64,000 nt of DNA from an uncultured Clostridia bacterium (lineage in GTDB: Bacteria > Bacillota > Clostridia > TANB77 > CAG-508). How positions within the stretch are numbered: the stretch's first letter is position 1; every line of letters starts with the position of its first letter. Positions 49,776-59,807 of this stretch are shown here, piece by piece. The stretch is taken from assembly GCA_934177725.1 (NCBI GenBank), contig CAKPPO010000008.1, forward strand, positions 1,189 to 65,188, written 5' to 3'. The notes beneath the pieces were generated by a model. It ran no database searches. It was not told where the DNA came from and saw only the letters and a program-made list of their open reading frames with translations. The translations under genes and the position numbers were made by a program.

Positions 49776-49834
49776 TTTATTATTCCTTTCGCATTTTGTT
49801 CTTTGGTTCACTTGCTTAAAAATATTTTATCTTA

Positions 49835-50041
49835 TTATTCCTTTACTTCAAAACCTAATTCGTCAATTCTATCTTTTATTTCATTTATGTCTGCTTCATC
49901 TTCCATTTTTATTATTACTTTATTATTTTCGTGATTTGCTGTTACTTCCTTAACATTTTTAATTTCTTTCAAAGAGTTTTCCACCCTTTTTTCACAACCT
50001 GTGCAAACCATTCCCTCTACATTTAAAATAATTTCTTTCAT
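49835..50041 (-). CDS. copZ: copper chaperone CopZ
   Basis: 68-aa HMA fold with GMVCTGC. Confidence 0.85.
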   Translation of the reverse strand: MKEIILNVEGMVCTGCEKRVENSLKEIKNVKEVTANHENNKVIIKMEDEADINEIKDRIDELGFEVKE

Positions 50042-50058
50042 TTTTTAATCTCCCTTCT

Positions 50059-50352
50059 TTATTTATTAAATTTTTTAAATAAACTTATTAATTCATCTAT
50101 TATCTCCATATTTCCATTTTCTAAATCTTTTGTCACACAAGAATATAGATGATTTTCCAAAATATAATTTGATAAACTCTTTACAGAATTTTCTACTGCT
50201 GATAATTGAATTAATACATCATTACAATAAGTATCGCTTTCAATCATCTTTTTTATACCTTTTAATTGTCCTTCTATTCTGTTTATTCTATTATTTATTA
50301 ACTTTTTTTCATTTTCTCCTCTTATTGTTTTTTTATTACAACATTCTTCCAT
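50059..50352 (-). CDS. csoR: CsoR-family copper-sensing repressor
   Basis: RINRIEGQLKGIKKMIE..YCNDVLIQLSAV..H..C pattern. First gene of the cop operon. Confidence 0.85.
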   Translation of the reverse strand: MEECCNKKTIRGENEKKLINNRINRIEGQLKGIKKMIESDTYCNDVLIQLSAVENSVKSLSNYILENHLYSCVTKDLENGNMEIIDELISLFKKFNK

Positions 50353-50380
50353 TTTTTCACCTTCTTTTTGTTTTTCATAT

Positions 50381-50420
50381 TATATACCCTGTATGGTATT
50401 TTGTAAATATAGGGGTATAC
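50381..50420 (-). promoter_or_regulatory. putative CsoR operator (ATACCC..GGGGTAT type)
   Basis: TATATACCCTGTATGGTAT..ATATAGGGGTATAC directly upstream of csoR. Resembles known GC-tract pseudo-palindromic CsoR boxes. Confidence 0.4.
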
Positions 50421-50787
50421 ATTCAATTTTTGCTTAGTTACTGTACTTTTTGAGTATAGTTTTTAATTCAATAATTAAAACTTACTTGATCATATAAAGT
50501 ATTTTTATCAGTACCCAATATTAATGAAAATGAAAAGATACTATTTATACATGCTAAATATATGGAAAATTAATACATATTTCTTTGTAATTAACATAAT
50601 TTGTTGTATATAAGAAAGGAAGTTGAACCTAAAAGTTCAGCTTCTTTCTTTTTCTTGAAGAGAATAAGAAAATTTTCTCAACTCAAAAAAATTATGCTAT
50701 TCTTCACTTTTATTGAAAAATAGCATAATTTATAACTTTCAAATTTCTATAAATTCTCTTAAATTCCCTTGAGAAAAGGGCAAAATA

Positions 50788-50863
50788 TGGTCGAGGTGAC
50801 AGGGATCGAACCTGCGACCTCATGGTCCCAAACCACGCGCGCTACCAACTGCGCTACACCTCG
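50788..50863 (-). tRNA. tRNA-Pro (anticodon UGG)
   Basis: 76-nt cloverleaf on the minus strand: acceptor CGAGGTG/CACCTCG, anticodon loop TT-TGG-GA, T-loop GGTTCGATCC, encoded CCA. A TTGCAT-N17-TATTAT promoter lies upstream (50893..50921). Confidence 0.85.
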
Positions 50864-51023
50864 AAATATACATTTTTTTCAAATGCTTATTTATAATACC
50901 ACATTTTTTTTTGGAATGCAATACTTTTTTTAATTTTTCTCTGTTATGTTGACCTTTTTTGTGTTTTTTGTTATAATTGTTTTGTAATTACTTTATAGTG
51001 TTTATTTAAAAGGAGGTCTTGAT

Positions 51024-51443
51024 ATGACTATTAATGAGTTTAATTCAGTTTTTTCTCCTAATTCAGAATGCAGTGAAAAACGGAATTTAAGTAATTTCAC
51101 TTTCTATTTTTCTAAAGAAAATATTATTATGGAGGGAATGATTCCTTTTTCTCTTTTATTACAACTACGTGATGAGAGTCTTGATATTCTGGCTGATCTT
51201 GATGACTTTTCTAGTCCAAAACTAGATGGTGCTTTAAAAAGTTTCAATGCTTTTACAGAGTTCTCTTGTGACTCTCACAAATATTATACTGAACAGTATA
51301 ATATTTATCGTAAAGAAGTATTTGAAGGAATTATCTCCAATGGAGACACCGACGATTTGGTATTAAAAAAGCTGACTTTCCCCAGTGATAAATCCATATT
51401 GGATAAAATAGTAAGTGTAATCAAACTTTATTATTCTGAATAG
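51024..51443 (+). CDS. hypothetical protein
   Basis: 139-aa ORF with AGGAGG RBS and a downstream terminator. Contains the only clear in-frame CGG outside the five split genes (51081..51083). Confidence 0.5.
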   Translation: MTINEFNSVFSPNSECSEKRNLSNFTFYFSKENIIMEGMIPFSLLLQLRDESLDILADLDDFSSPKLDGALKSFNAFTEFSCDSHKYYTEQYNIYRKEVFEGIISNGDTDDLVLKKLTFPSDKSILDKIVSVIKLYYSE

Positions 51444-51449
51444 TAACAC

Positions 51450-51479
51450 AAAAAGCATTTCAAATTGAAATGCTTTTTA
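51450..51479. terminator. bidirectional terminator AAAAAGCATTTCAAATTGAAATGCTTTTT
   Basis: Perfect hairpin with A and T tracts between convergent genes. Confidence 0.8.
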
Positions 51480-51481
51480 TT

Positions 51482-53041
51482 TTATTTTTCTATATCTATT
51501 TTTTCCAAATCTTTAATTGCTGGGTCATATATTTGTTTTCCTTCGTAATTAAATCTTGAACCATGACATGGGCAATCCCATGTTTTATCTAAATTATTCC
51601 AAGAAAGCATGCATCCTAAATGACTGCAATATGGTTTTATTAAAAATAATTCTCCGTTTTCATTTCTATATGCCCCTACTTTTTTACCATCTATTTCTAT
51701 TATTTTACCTTCCCCCTGCTTTACATCTTTTACATATTCTTCTATATCTTTCAATTTATTAATAACTAATGAATAACTTACTTCTTTTAATATATTTCCT
51801 AATTCTTCATGATTTTTAATTGGCTTTAATCTTGTTGAATTAAAAACTTCTTCATAATTGTTTTCTCTTCCTAAAATTTTATCTGTAATTATATTTGCTG
51901 CAATATTTGAGCTCGTCATACCCCATTTTTTATAACCTGTTGCTACATATACATTTGGCATTAAGTTTGAAAATTCTCCTATATATGGAATTTTATCTAA
52001 TGAAATACAATCTTCTGTATCCCATTTATATAGTACTTTGCTATCTGGATAAAGGCTCTTTGCAACTTCTTCTAATTTTTTATAACTATCTTTTAAATCT
52101 ATTTTTGCTCCTGTTTTGTGTTTCATTCCTCCTACTAATAATAAACGTTTGTCTCCATATTTTGCTGTTCTTAAAGAAATAGTTGGTTCTTCCGTATTTA
52201 TATACATTCCTTCAAATAATGGTTCATTAGTCTCTACTCCTATTAGATATGATGTCTCTTGATACATTTTCATAAAATAAAATCCCGGAAAAGTTATTAT
52301 TGGATAATGTGATGCAAGTATAACTATTTTTGCATTTACTTTTGCATCATCTGTTATAATTTCATATCCCTTTTCATTTTTCTTAACGTCTAAAACTTTT
52401 GTGTTTTCAAATATTTTTCCTTTTCTTTCTTCTATTTTATTTGCTAAACCTTCTGCATATAAACATGGATTAAATTGCGCTTGATTTTTATATTTTATTG
52501 CTGCCAATACTTTCTTTTCTATACTTATATAATTTTCAGTAGATTCTTTTCCTTTATCTTTTATTGGCAGTGGTATTTCTTTTACCAATTCACATGAAAA
52601 ATCTAAATATTCTAATGCTTCTACTTCCTTTTCTATTTTTTCTACTTCTTCTTGCTTTTGTGTAAAAATATATGCGTCTTGTCTTTCAAAATCACATTTA
52701 ATGTTTTCTTCTTCTACTATTTTAGCTATATTTTCTATTGCTTTTTCATTTGCATCTAAATATTGTTTAGCTTTATCTCTTCCCTCTGATTGTAATAAAT
52801 AATTATAAAATAAACCATGTCCACTTGTTATTTTTCCTGTAGTATTTCCACTTGTATGGCTACAAATTGTATTTTTCTCTAGTATAACTACATCCTTGTT
52901 TTCTTTGCTCAAATAATACCCGCAGCTAAGTCCTGTTAAACCTCCTCCTATAATTGCAACCTCTGTTTCAATTTCTCCTTGTAATTTTTTATATTCTTTT
53001 TTATTATCTTTTACAGAAGAAATCCAATATGAATTATCCAT
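51482..53041 (-). CDS. FAD-dependent oxidoreductase with C-terminal Rieske [2Fe-2S] domain
   Basis: GGGLTGLS dinucleotide-binding motif and CSHLGC..CPCHGS Rieske motif. Confidence 0.8.
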   Translation of the reverse strand: MDNSYWISSVKDNKKEYKKLQGEIETEVAIIGGGLTGLSCGYYLSKENKDVVILEKNTICSHTSGNTTGKITSGHGLFYNYLLQSEGRDKAKQYLDANEKAIENIAKIVEEENIKCDFERQDAYIFTQKQEEVEKIEKEVEALEYLDFSCELVKEIPLPIKDKGKESTENYISIEKKVLAAIKYKNQAQFNPCLYAEGLANKIEERKGKIFENTKVLDVKKNEKGYEIITDDAKVNAKIVILASHYPIITFPGFYFMKMYQETSYLIGVETNEPLFEGMYINTEEPTISLRTAKYGDKRLLLVGGMKHKTGAKIDLKDSYKKLEEVAKSLYPDSKVLYKWDTEDCISLDKIPYIGEFSNLMPNVYVATGYKKWGMTSSNIAANIITDKILGRENNYEEVFNSTRLKPIKNHEELGNILKEVSYSLVINKLKDIEEYVKDVKQGEGKIIEIDGKKVGAYRNENGELFLIKPYCSHLGCMLSWNNLDKTWDCPCHGSRFNYEGKQIYDPAIKDLEKIDIEK

Positions 53042-53125
53042 AAAAACCTCCTTTTATATTTTGATTTTTTTTGTTTATCACAAAAAGTTTCAAGTACTTT
53101 TAAAATAAATTAGGAAATAAAAGTG

Positions 53126-54256
53126 TTATTTTCTACCTAATGTTACTTTCACTTGTTGTTCTTTATTATTTCTTAAAATTGTAAGATTAACTTCATCTCC
53201 CGGCTTTTTAGTGTATATATAACATCTTAAATCGCACATTTTATTTAGTTTCAAATCATCTATTTTTGTAATTACATCTCCTATTTTTAATCCTGTTTTT
53301 GCTGCATTTGAATCTAGTGCAATTTGTCCTACATAAATTCCTTGCGTTACTTCCGCTTTTTCATCTATATACGGAATTATGTTTTTGTCATATGCAAATA
53401 TTCCTAGTGTAGCCTCTTCAAATTTATCTTCTTTCATATATGATTCTATTATTGGTTTTGTTATATTTATAGGAACTGCAAATCCTATTCCTTCAGCAGA
53501 AGTAATTTTTACAGATGTAATTCCTATTACATTGCCATCTAAATTGATAAGAGGTCCCCCGCTATTTCCAGGGTTTATTGTTGCATCTGTTTGAATTAAA
53601 TCTTCCATATACACACTTTGGTCGTTCTCGTCTATTCTAACTGTTCTATTTGTTGCGCTAATTATTCCCGAGGTTACTGTCCTTTGAAATTCATATCCAA
53701 TTGGATTCCCTATCGCATATACTTGTTCTCCAACATGCACATTACTTGAATCTCCTAAATTTGCATATGGTAAATTTTTTACGCTAATTTTACATATTGA
53801 TAAATCTAAGCTAGAGTCTGACCATACTACATTTGCCGTATAGTTTCTTCCATTTTCTAAAGTTACGTAGCAATTGCTATATTTACTTCCTGTAACATGT
53901 TCATTGGATAAAATGTAACCATTTTCAGATACTATCACTCCTGTTCCTAATCCCAATTGACTTGCACCATCTTTTAAAAATATTGTGCTTCCTGCATTTT
54001 TTATTTTAGAAATTCCCACAACACATGAAGTAACTTTTTCAATAACTTCTGTTATTTCTTTTCCTTGTTCTTTCATTGTTTCTACACTTTTTATTGTCTT
54101 TGTTGCTTCTGTACCTTGTGTTTCGTATGTATTTATTTGAATTCCTTCATATATTTTGTAACAAAAAATACTACTTATAGATGTTAATACCATAATCACA
54201 AAAATAAGGGCTAAATTTTTTAATTTTTGTTTTGAGCTTTTTTTACATTTATACAT
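53126..54256 (-). CDS. htrA: HtrA/DegP-family serine protease with PDZ domain
   Basis: N-terminal TM segment, catalytic NEHV / D / GNSGGPL, C-terminal PDZ. Confidence 0.85.
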   Translation of the reverse strand: MYKCKKSSKQKLKNLALIFVIMVLTSISSIFCYKIYEGIQINTYETQGTEATKTIKSVETMKEQGKEITEVIEKVTSCVVGISKIKNAGSTIFLKDGASQLGLGTGVIVSENGYILSNEHVTGSKYSNCYVTLENGRNYTANVVWSDSSLDLSICKISVKNLPYANLGDSSNVHVGEQVYAIGNPIGYEFQRTVTSGIISATNRTVRIDENDQSVYMEDLIQTDATINPGNSGGPLINLDGNVIGITSVKITSAEGIGFAVPINITKPIIESYMKEDKFEEATLGIFAYDKNIIPYIDEKAEVTQGIYVGQIALDSNAAKTGLKIGDVITKIDDLKLNKMCDLRCYIYTKKPGDEVNLTILRNNKEQQVKVTLGRK

Positions 54257-54381
54257 TTAAAATCTCCTCCCTTTATTATTTTCATTTTTTCCCATTTTTG
54301 TTATTTTAAACATGTAGTTGATATTTTGTATAAAAATGTAGTATAATATTTATGTAATATTTTTGTGTATGGGAGGTTTAT

Positions 54382-55038
54382 ATGGAAGATTATTCAAACA
54401 AAAAAAAGTTTTTCTTTGATATTCCTGATGAAGCTTTATCTGCTGATAGTTCACAAGCACTAATTAATTTTTTTGAAGATGAAGTAGATAAAAAAGATCA
54501 TTACACAAAATGCCATTGTAATAGAGTTTCTGAATATTGTGTCTTAATCGGTAAGAAGTTAGGCTTACCTCAGGAAGATTTAGATAAATTACGTATAGGT
54601 GGTCTTTTCCACGACATTGGAAAAATAGGTATTCCAGATAATATTTTAAAAAAGGAATCTAAACTTACAAATGAAGAGTATGATGAGATTCAAACTCATA
54701 CTTCACTTGGAGTTGATATTTTAACAAGAAATAAAGTCTTTAAAGAGATTATACCTATTGTTGAATATCACCACGAAAAATATGATGGAAATGGTTATCC
54801 TTTTAAGTTAAAAGGTGATGAAATTCCTTTAGCAGCTAGAATTACAGCTGTTGCAGATACTTTTGATGCTATGACATCTAAAAGAAGTTATAGAGATCCT
54901 ATTCCTTTAACAGATGTTGTTGAAGAATTTAAAAAATGTTCTGGAACACAATTTGATCCAAACATTGTAAATACATTTCTAGATATCATAAATAATGAAT
55001 ATGATGTAATAGAAGAAATTCAGCAAAAATATAATTAA
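54382..55038 (+). CDS. HD-GYP domain phosphodiesterase (c-di-GMP-related)
   Basis: HD (LFHDIGK) and HHEKYDGNGYP motifs. Confidence 0.8.
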   Translation: MEDYSNKKKFFFDIPDEALSADSSQALINFFEDEVDKKDHYTKCHCNRVSEYCVLIGKKLGLPQEDLDKLRIGGLFHDIGKIGIPDNILKKESKLTNEEYDEIQTHTSLGVDILTRNKVFKEIIPIVEYHHEKYDGNGYPFKLKGDEIPLAARITAVADTFDAMTSKRSYRDPIPLTDVVEEFKKCSGTQFDPNIVNTFLDIINNEYDVIEEIQQKYN

Positions 55039-55040
55039 TA

Positions 55041-55085
55041 AAAAAAGAACTTGTAATGTATTAACTTTACAAGTTCTTTTTTTAT
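55041..55085. terminator. bidirectional terminator AAAAAAGAACTTGTAA..TTACAAGTTCTTTTTTT
   Basis: Hairpin with flanking A/T tracts between convergent genes. Confidence 0.75.
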
Positions 55086-57244
55086 TATATTTTCATACTT
55101 AATTTTACCTTTTGTCTTTCCATATCTATTGCTATAACTTTTACTTTTACAACATCACCTACTGAAACTATTTCAGATGGATTTTTAACAAACTTGTCAC
55201 TCATTTCAGATATGTGTACTAATCCATCATGTTTTACTCCAACATCTACAAATGCTCCAAAATCTATTACATTTCTTACTGTTCCTGTTAATATTTGTCC
55301 TTCTCTTAAGTCTTCAAATTTTAAAACATCACTACGAAGAACTGGCTTTGGCATTTCTTCTCTTGGGTCTCTTCCCGGTTTTGAAAGCTCATCTATAATG
55401 TCTTTTAATGTCATGCTTCCTACTTGCAATTCTTTACTAGTATTTTCTACATTTACTCTTGCTAATTTTTCTTTTATTTCTTTTAAAGAATCTTTATTTA
55501 ATAAATCTTCCTTTTTGTATCCTATAGATTTTAATAAACTTTCTGCTACTTCATAGCTTTCTGGGTGAACACTTGTTATTTCTAATGGATTTTTTCCGTT
55601 AAATACTCTTATAAATCCTGCACATTGCTCAAATGCTACTTTTCCTAATTTTGGAACCTTTAAAAGTTCTTTTCTTTCTTTTAGTTTTCCATTTTCATCT
55701 CTATATTTTACAATGTTATTTGCAATAGTTTTATTTATTCCAGACACATAAGATAAAAGTGATGGTGTTGCAGTGTTAACATCTACACCTACTTTATTTA
55801 CTGCATCTTCAACAACACCTGTTAAACTTTCTCCTAATTTCTTTTGATCTACATCATGTTGATATTGTCCTACACCTATTGCTTTTGGCTCTATTTTTAC
55901 AAGTTCAGCAAGCGGATCTTGCAATCTTCTTGCTATTGAAATTGCTCCTCTTAAAGAAACATTTATATCTGGGTATTCTTCTGTTGCAAGCTTAGATGCA
56001 GAATATACTGATGCTCCCGCTTCTGAAACAATTGCATAATGTACTTCTTTTCCATATTTTTCTTTAACTTCTTTTATAACATCTGCTACAAACATTTCAG
56101 ATTCACGAGAAGCTGTTCCATTTCCAATTGCAAACATATCTACATTGTATTTTGCAATTAAATTAATTAAAACTTTTTTAGCACCTTCAACATCATTTTG
56201 AGGTTCTGTTGGGTAAATTGTTGTTGTGTCTAATAATTTTCCAGTTTCATCAATTACTGCAATTTTGCAACCTGTTCTATAAGCAGGGTCAAATCCAATA
56301 ACAGTTAAACCTAAAAGTGGTGCTCCAAGTAATAATTGTTTAGCATTTTGTCCAAATACTTTTATTGCTTGTTCTTCTGCTTTTTCAGTTAAATCTGAAC
56401 GAATTTCTCTTTCTATTGATGGTTCAATTAATCGTTTCCAACTATCTAAAATTGTATTTTTTAACATTTCTGTAAATTGTGTATTTCCTTTTATAATGTC
56501 TTTTTCCATTATTTCTAGTATTTTTTCTTCAGGCTTTGTTATTTTTACTTTTAAAAATTCTTCTTTTTCTCCACGATTAATTGCCAAAATTCTATGGCTT
56601 GGAATTCTATTTACTTTTTCACTAAAATCATAATACATCTCATAATTTGATTTTTCATTTTCTTTAGCTGCTTTTGTTTCAATTATTCCATCTCTATATG
56701 TAAGTCTTTTTATTTGTTTTCTATATTCGGCATTATCTGAAATATTTTCTGCAATTATATCTAATGCTCCTGCAATTGCCTCTTCTACAGAATTTACTTC
56801 TTTTTCTTCATTTAAGTATTCTTTTGCTTTATCGTAAATAGGTGTTTTTTCTTGTTGCATATAAATAATATTAGCTAAAGGTTCTAATCCTTTTTCTTTA
56901 GCTATAGTTGCTCTTGTCCTCTTCTTTTGTTTATATGGTCTATAAATATCTTCAACTTCTGCTAAAGTTTTTGCAATTTGCAATGCTATAACAATCTCAT
57001 CTGTTAACTTTCCTTGGCCTTCAATTGAATTTACAACCTCTTGTTTTCTTGTCTCCAAATTTCTTAAATATGTAAGTCTTTCTCCTAAATCTCTTAAAGT
57101 TTCATCTGAAAGCCCACCTGTAACCTCTTTTCTATAACGTGCAATAAATGGTATTGTATTTCCTTCATCTATCAACGCTACTGTCTTTTCAACTTGGCTC
57201 TCCTTTATATTTAATTCTTCTGCTATTTGTTTATTTATATTCAT
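55085..57244 (-). CDS. tex: Tex-like transcription accessory protein (YqgF/HhH/S1 domains)
   Basis: N-terminal ..TIPFIARYRKE.. signature and a C-terminal S1 domain. GGAGG RBS before the internal ATG. Confidence 0.9.
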   Translation of the reverse strand: MNINKQIAEELNIKESQVEKTVALIDEGNTIPFIARYRKEVTGGLSDETLRDLGERLTYLRNLETRKQEVVNSIEGQGKLTDEIVIALQIAKTLAEVEDIYRPYKQKKRTRATIAKEKGLEPLANIIYMQQEKTPIYDKAKEYLNEEKEVNSVEEAIAGALDIIAENISDNAEYRKQIKRLTYRDGIIETKAAKENEKSNYEMYYDFSEKVNRIPSHRILAINRGEKEEFLKVKITKPEEKILEIMEKDIIKGNTQFTEMLKNTILDSWKRLIEPSIEREIRSDLTEKAEEQAIKVFGQNAKQLLLGAPLLGLTVIGFDPAYRTGCKIAVIDETGKLLDTTTIYPTEPQNDVEGAKKVLINLIAKYNVDMFAIGNGTASRESEMFVADVIKEVKEKYGKEVHYAIVSEAGASVYSASKLATEEYPDINVSLRGAISIARRLQDPLAELVKIEPKAIGVGQYQHDVDQKKLGESLTGVVEDAVNKVGVDVNTATPSLLSYVSGINKTIANNIVKYRDENGKLKERKELLKVPKLGKVAFEQCAGFIRVFNGKNPLEITSVHPESYEVAESLLKSIGYKKEDLLNKDSLKEIKEKLARVNVENTSKELQVGSMTLKDIIDELSKPGRDPREEMPKPVLRSDVLKFEDLREGQILTGTVRNVIDFGAFVDVGVKHDGLVHISEMSDKFVKNPSEIVSVGDVVKVKVIAIDMERQKVKLSMKI

Positions 57245-57262
57245 TATTTTTCCTCCGAACAA

Positions 57263-57310
57263 TAGGGACGGTCTTTTTCGTTCCGAATTCGGAACACTTG
57301 GGACACTCCT
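57263..57310. repeat. RayT left inverted repeat TAGGGACGGTCTTTTTCGTTCCGAATTCGGAACACTTGGGACACTCCT
   Basis: Read directly from the sequence. Lies between the tex start and the RayT stop. Confidence 0.8.
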
Positions 57311-57315
57311 TATGT

Positions 57316-58098
57316 CTAATCTTTCTTTTTTATTTCTCTATAATCGTTTAATATTTTACTTAATTTTATTCTACTTATTCCTATATTTTCTGCTAATTTT
57401 GTTTTTGTCGGTTTCAACTCCATTGAATTATACAATTTTTTTATCAATCTTTTGTCTTCTTGTAATTCTTTTAATGTTATCTCTTCTTTTTTTATAAACT
57501 TATCTATTTCTTCTTGTACTTTTTCTTCTGTAATTTCTTCTTTTTCTAATTCTTTAAATAGTTTTTCATCATATTCGATCTTTAAAAATTCTTTTAAATA
57601 ATTATATTTTGAATTGAATATCTTTTGTATTATTTCTTTTGTAATAATTCCTTTTTTATTTATATAATCATTATAACTTGAATATTTATATTCTTTCTCT
57701 AATCTTACAATTCCAGCTTTTACTGGATTCATATGCACATATTTAATACACTTTGTTAAATAATCTTGATTATATATTTCCTTACATTCAAATCTATTTC
57801 TGAATACATATCCTACTCTTTTTTCCTCTTTATTGTAGTTTATTGCATATGTTGTATTTAATTTTCTCATAAATATAGTAAGCTCATTTATATCTTCTGT
57901 ATATATAATTATATGTACATGATTTTCCATTACACAAAAACTTATAATGTCTATTTTTTGCTTTTCTTTAAAAAATTTCATCAAATAAATATACTTTTCT
58001 TTATACTTATTATTATAAAATATCTTTTCTTTTTTTATTCCTTGGACCATTACATGAAAAAATCCATTCACTAAATCTTTTCTTGCTTTACGGGGCAT
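57316..58098 (-). CDS. IS200-like Y1 (HUH) transposase of the RayT / COG1943 type with C-terminal HTH-like extension
   Basis: MPRKARK.. N-terminus, HUH motif ENHVHIII and catalytic-Tyr region YVHMNPVKAG. 260 aa, longer than IS200 TnpA. Confidence 0.8.
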   Translation of the reverse strand: MPRKARKDLVNGFFHVMVQGIKKEKIFYNNKYKEKYIYLMKFFKEKQKIDIISFCVMENHVHIIIYTEDINELTIFMRKLNTTYAINYNKEEKRVGYVFRNRFECKEIYNQDYLTKCIKYVHMNPVKAGIVRLEKEYKYSSYNDYINKKGIITKEIIQKIFNSKYNYLKEFLKIEYDEKLFKELEKEEITEEKVQEEIDKFIKKEEITLKELQEDKRLIKKLYNSMELKPTKTKLAENIGISRIKLSKILNDYREIKKKD

Positions 58099-58158
58099 AA
58101 TACTACCTTCTTTCTTTTTATTATTTAGCCCCTATTTCATTTTTTCCTTTTTTATTAA

Positions 58159-58206
58159 AGGAGCGTCCCTCATGTTCCGAATTCGGAACGAAAAGGACCG
58201 TCCCTA
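58159..58206. repeat. RayT right inverted repeat AGGAGCGTCCCTCATGTTCCGAATTCGGAACGAAAAGGACCGTCCCTA
   Basis: Reverse complement of the left repeat with 5 mismatches. Confidence 0.8.
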
Positions 58207-58209
58207 GTG

Positions 58210-59790
58210 TTACTCGATTCCTAAATATTCATTATAAGTTACTTCTCTATCTACAACTCTATCTAGTTTTATATCTATTATTCTATTTGCTACTGTTTGT
58301 GTTAGTTGATGGTCGTGTGATGTAAATATAATATTTCCTTTAAATTTTGTCATTCCTTCATTTAATGCTGTTATACTTTCCATGTCAAGATGGTTTGTTG
58401 GTTCATCCATTATTAAGAAATTTGCTCCTGAAAGCATCATTTTTGAAAGTACACATCTTACTTTTTCTCCACCTGATAGTACTTTTACATATTTAAGTGC
58501 TTCTTCACCAGAGAATAGCATTCTTCCTAGGAAACTTCTTACATATGTTTCGTCTGGGTCTTTTGAATATTGACGAAGCCAATCTGTTATTGTCATATCT
58601 TCTTCAAATAAATAGTTGTTGTCTTTAGGGAAATATGTATTTGTAATTGTAGTTCCCCATTCAATTTCACCTTCGTCTGGCTCTAGTTCTCCAGCTATTA
58701 TTTGGAATAATACTGTTTTTGCATTTTCATTATCTGCTAAAAATGCTATTTTATCATCTGCTTTTACTACAAATGAAACATTATCTAATAATTTTTCTCC
58801 ATTTATAGTTTTTGAAATATTTTTAACTTTTAATATTTCTTTTCCAGGTTCTCTATCTGGTTTGAAATCTATGTATGGATATCTTCTATTTGATGGTTTT
58901 ATTTCATCTAATTCTATTTTTTCCAATGATTTTTTTCTTGATGTTGCTTGTTTTGATTTTGAAGCATTTGCACTAAATCTTGCAATAAATGCTTGTAATT
59001 CTTTTATTTTTTCTTCTTTCTTCTTATTTTGTTCTTTCATTTGTTTTGCTAAAAGTTGGCTTGATTCATACCAGAAATCATAGTTTCCTGGATATACTTT
59101 TATTTGTCCAAAGTCAACATCTGCAATATGTGTACATACTTTATTTAAGAAATATCTATCGTGTGATACTACTATCACTGTGTTTTCAAAATTAATTAAG
59201 AATTCTTCAAGCCATGCTATGCTTTTTAAATCTAAGTCGTTTGTAGGTTCGTCCAATAGTAATATATCTGGATTTCCAAATAATGCTTGGGCTAAAAGTA
59301 CTTTTACTTTTTCTTTTGCTTCTAGTTCACTCATTAATTTATAATGATTTTCTGTTTCTATTCCTAAATCATTTAAAAGTGCAGCTGCATCAGATTCTGC
59401 ATTCCATCCATCTAATTCTGCAAATCTTTCTTCTAATTTTGCAGCTTTCATTCCATCTTCTTCACTAAAATCTGGTTTTGCATAAATAGCATCTTTTTCT
59501 TTCATTATATTATATAATTCTTGGTTTCCCATTATAACTGTATCCATTACAGTATATTCTTCGTAAGCAAAGTGATCTTGTTTTAAAACAGATAGTCTTT
59601 CTGTTTTTTCCATTGTTACTTCACCTTTGCTTGGTTCTAATTCTCCTGATAAAACTTTTAAAAATGTTGATTTTCCTGCACCATTTGCACCAATTATTCC
59701 ATAGCAACATCCTTTATTAAATTTAATATTTACGTCTTCAAATAGTGTTCTTTTTCCAAATCTAATAGTAACACCTATAGCATTTAACAT
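58210..59790 (-). CDS. ABC-F family ATPase (translation-associated, YbiT-like)
   Basis: Two ABC cassettes (GANGAGKST; LSGGEKVR) joined by a charged linker, with no TM domains. Confidence 0.85.
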   Translation of the reverse strand: MLNAIGVTIRFGKRTLFEDVNIKFNKGCCYGIIGANGAGKSTFLKVLSGELEPSKGEVTMEKTERLSVLKQDHFAYEEYTVMDTVIMGNQELYNIMKEKDAIYAKPDFSEEDGMKAAKLEERFAELDGWNAESDAAALLNDLGIETENHYKLMSELEAKEKVKVLLAQALFGNPDILLLDEPTNDLDLKSIAWLEEFLINFENTVIVVSHDRYFLNKVCTHIADVDFGQIKVYPGNYDFWYESSQLLAKQMKEQNKKKEEKIKELQAFIARFSANASKSKQATSRKKSLEKIELDEIKPSNRRYPYIDFKPDREPGKEILKVKNISKTINGEKLLDNVSFVVKADDKIAFLADNENAKTVLFQIIAGELEPDEGEIEWGTTITNTYFPKDNNYLFEEDMTITDWLRQYSKDPDETYVRSFLGRMLFSGEEALKYVKVLSGGEKVRCVLSKMMLSGANFLIMDEPTNHLDMESITALNEGMTKFKGNIIFTSHDHQLTQTVANRIIDIKLDRVVDREVTYNEYLGIE

Positions 59791-59807
59791 GTTTTTTCCT
59801 CCTTATG

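Larger units (their letters stand above)
57263..58206 (-). mobile_element. RayT (REP-associated tyrosine transposase) unit bounded by 48-nt inverted repeats
   Basis: IR-L 57263..57310 and IR-R 58159..58206 match at 43 of 48 positions in inverted orientation. Each holds the perfect palindrome GTTCCGAATTCGGAAC and two GGGAC motifs. Confidence 0.75.

Noticed and set aside
51081-51083. An in-frame CGG in ORF 51024..51443 as a sixth frameshift site.
   Set aside because: Shifting +1 here (GGA ATT TAA) hits a stop after two codons, while the zero frame stays open for 120 more codons. I keep it as a possible counter-example to the idea that CGG is never decoded.
57281-57296. The GAATTC-centred palindromes in the RayT repeats as restriction-modification-related sites.
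   Set aside because: No R-M genes are nearby. The palindrome is most simply the stem of the transposase-recognised hairpin.
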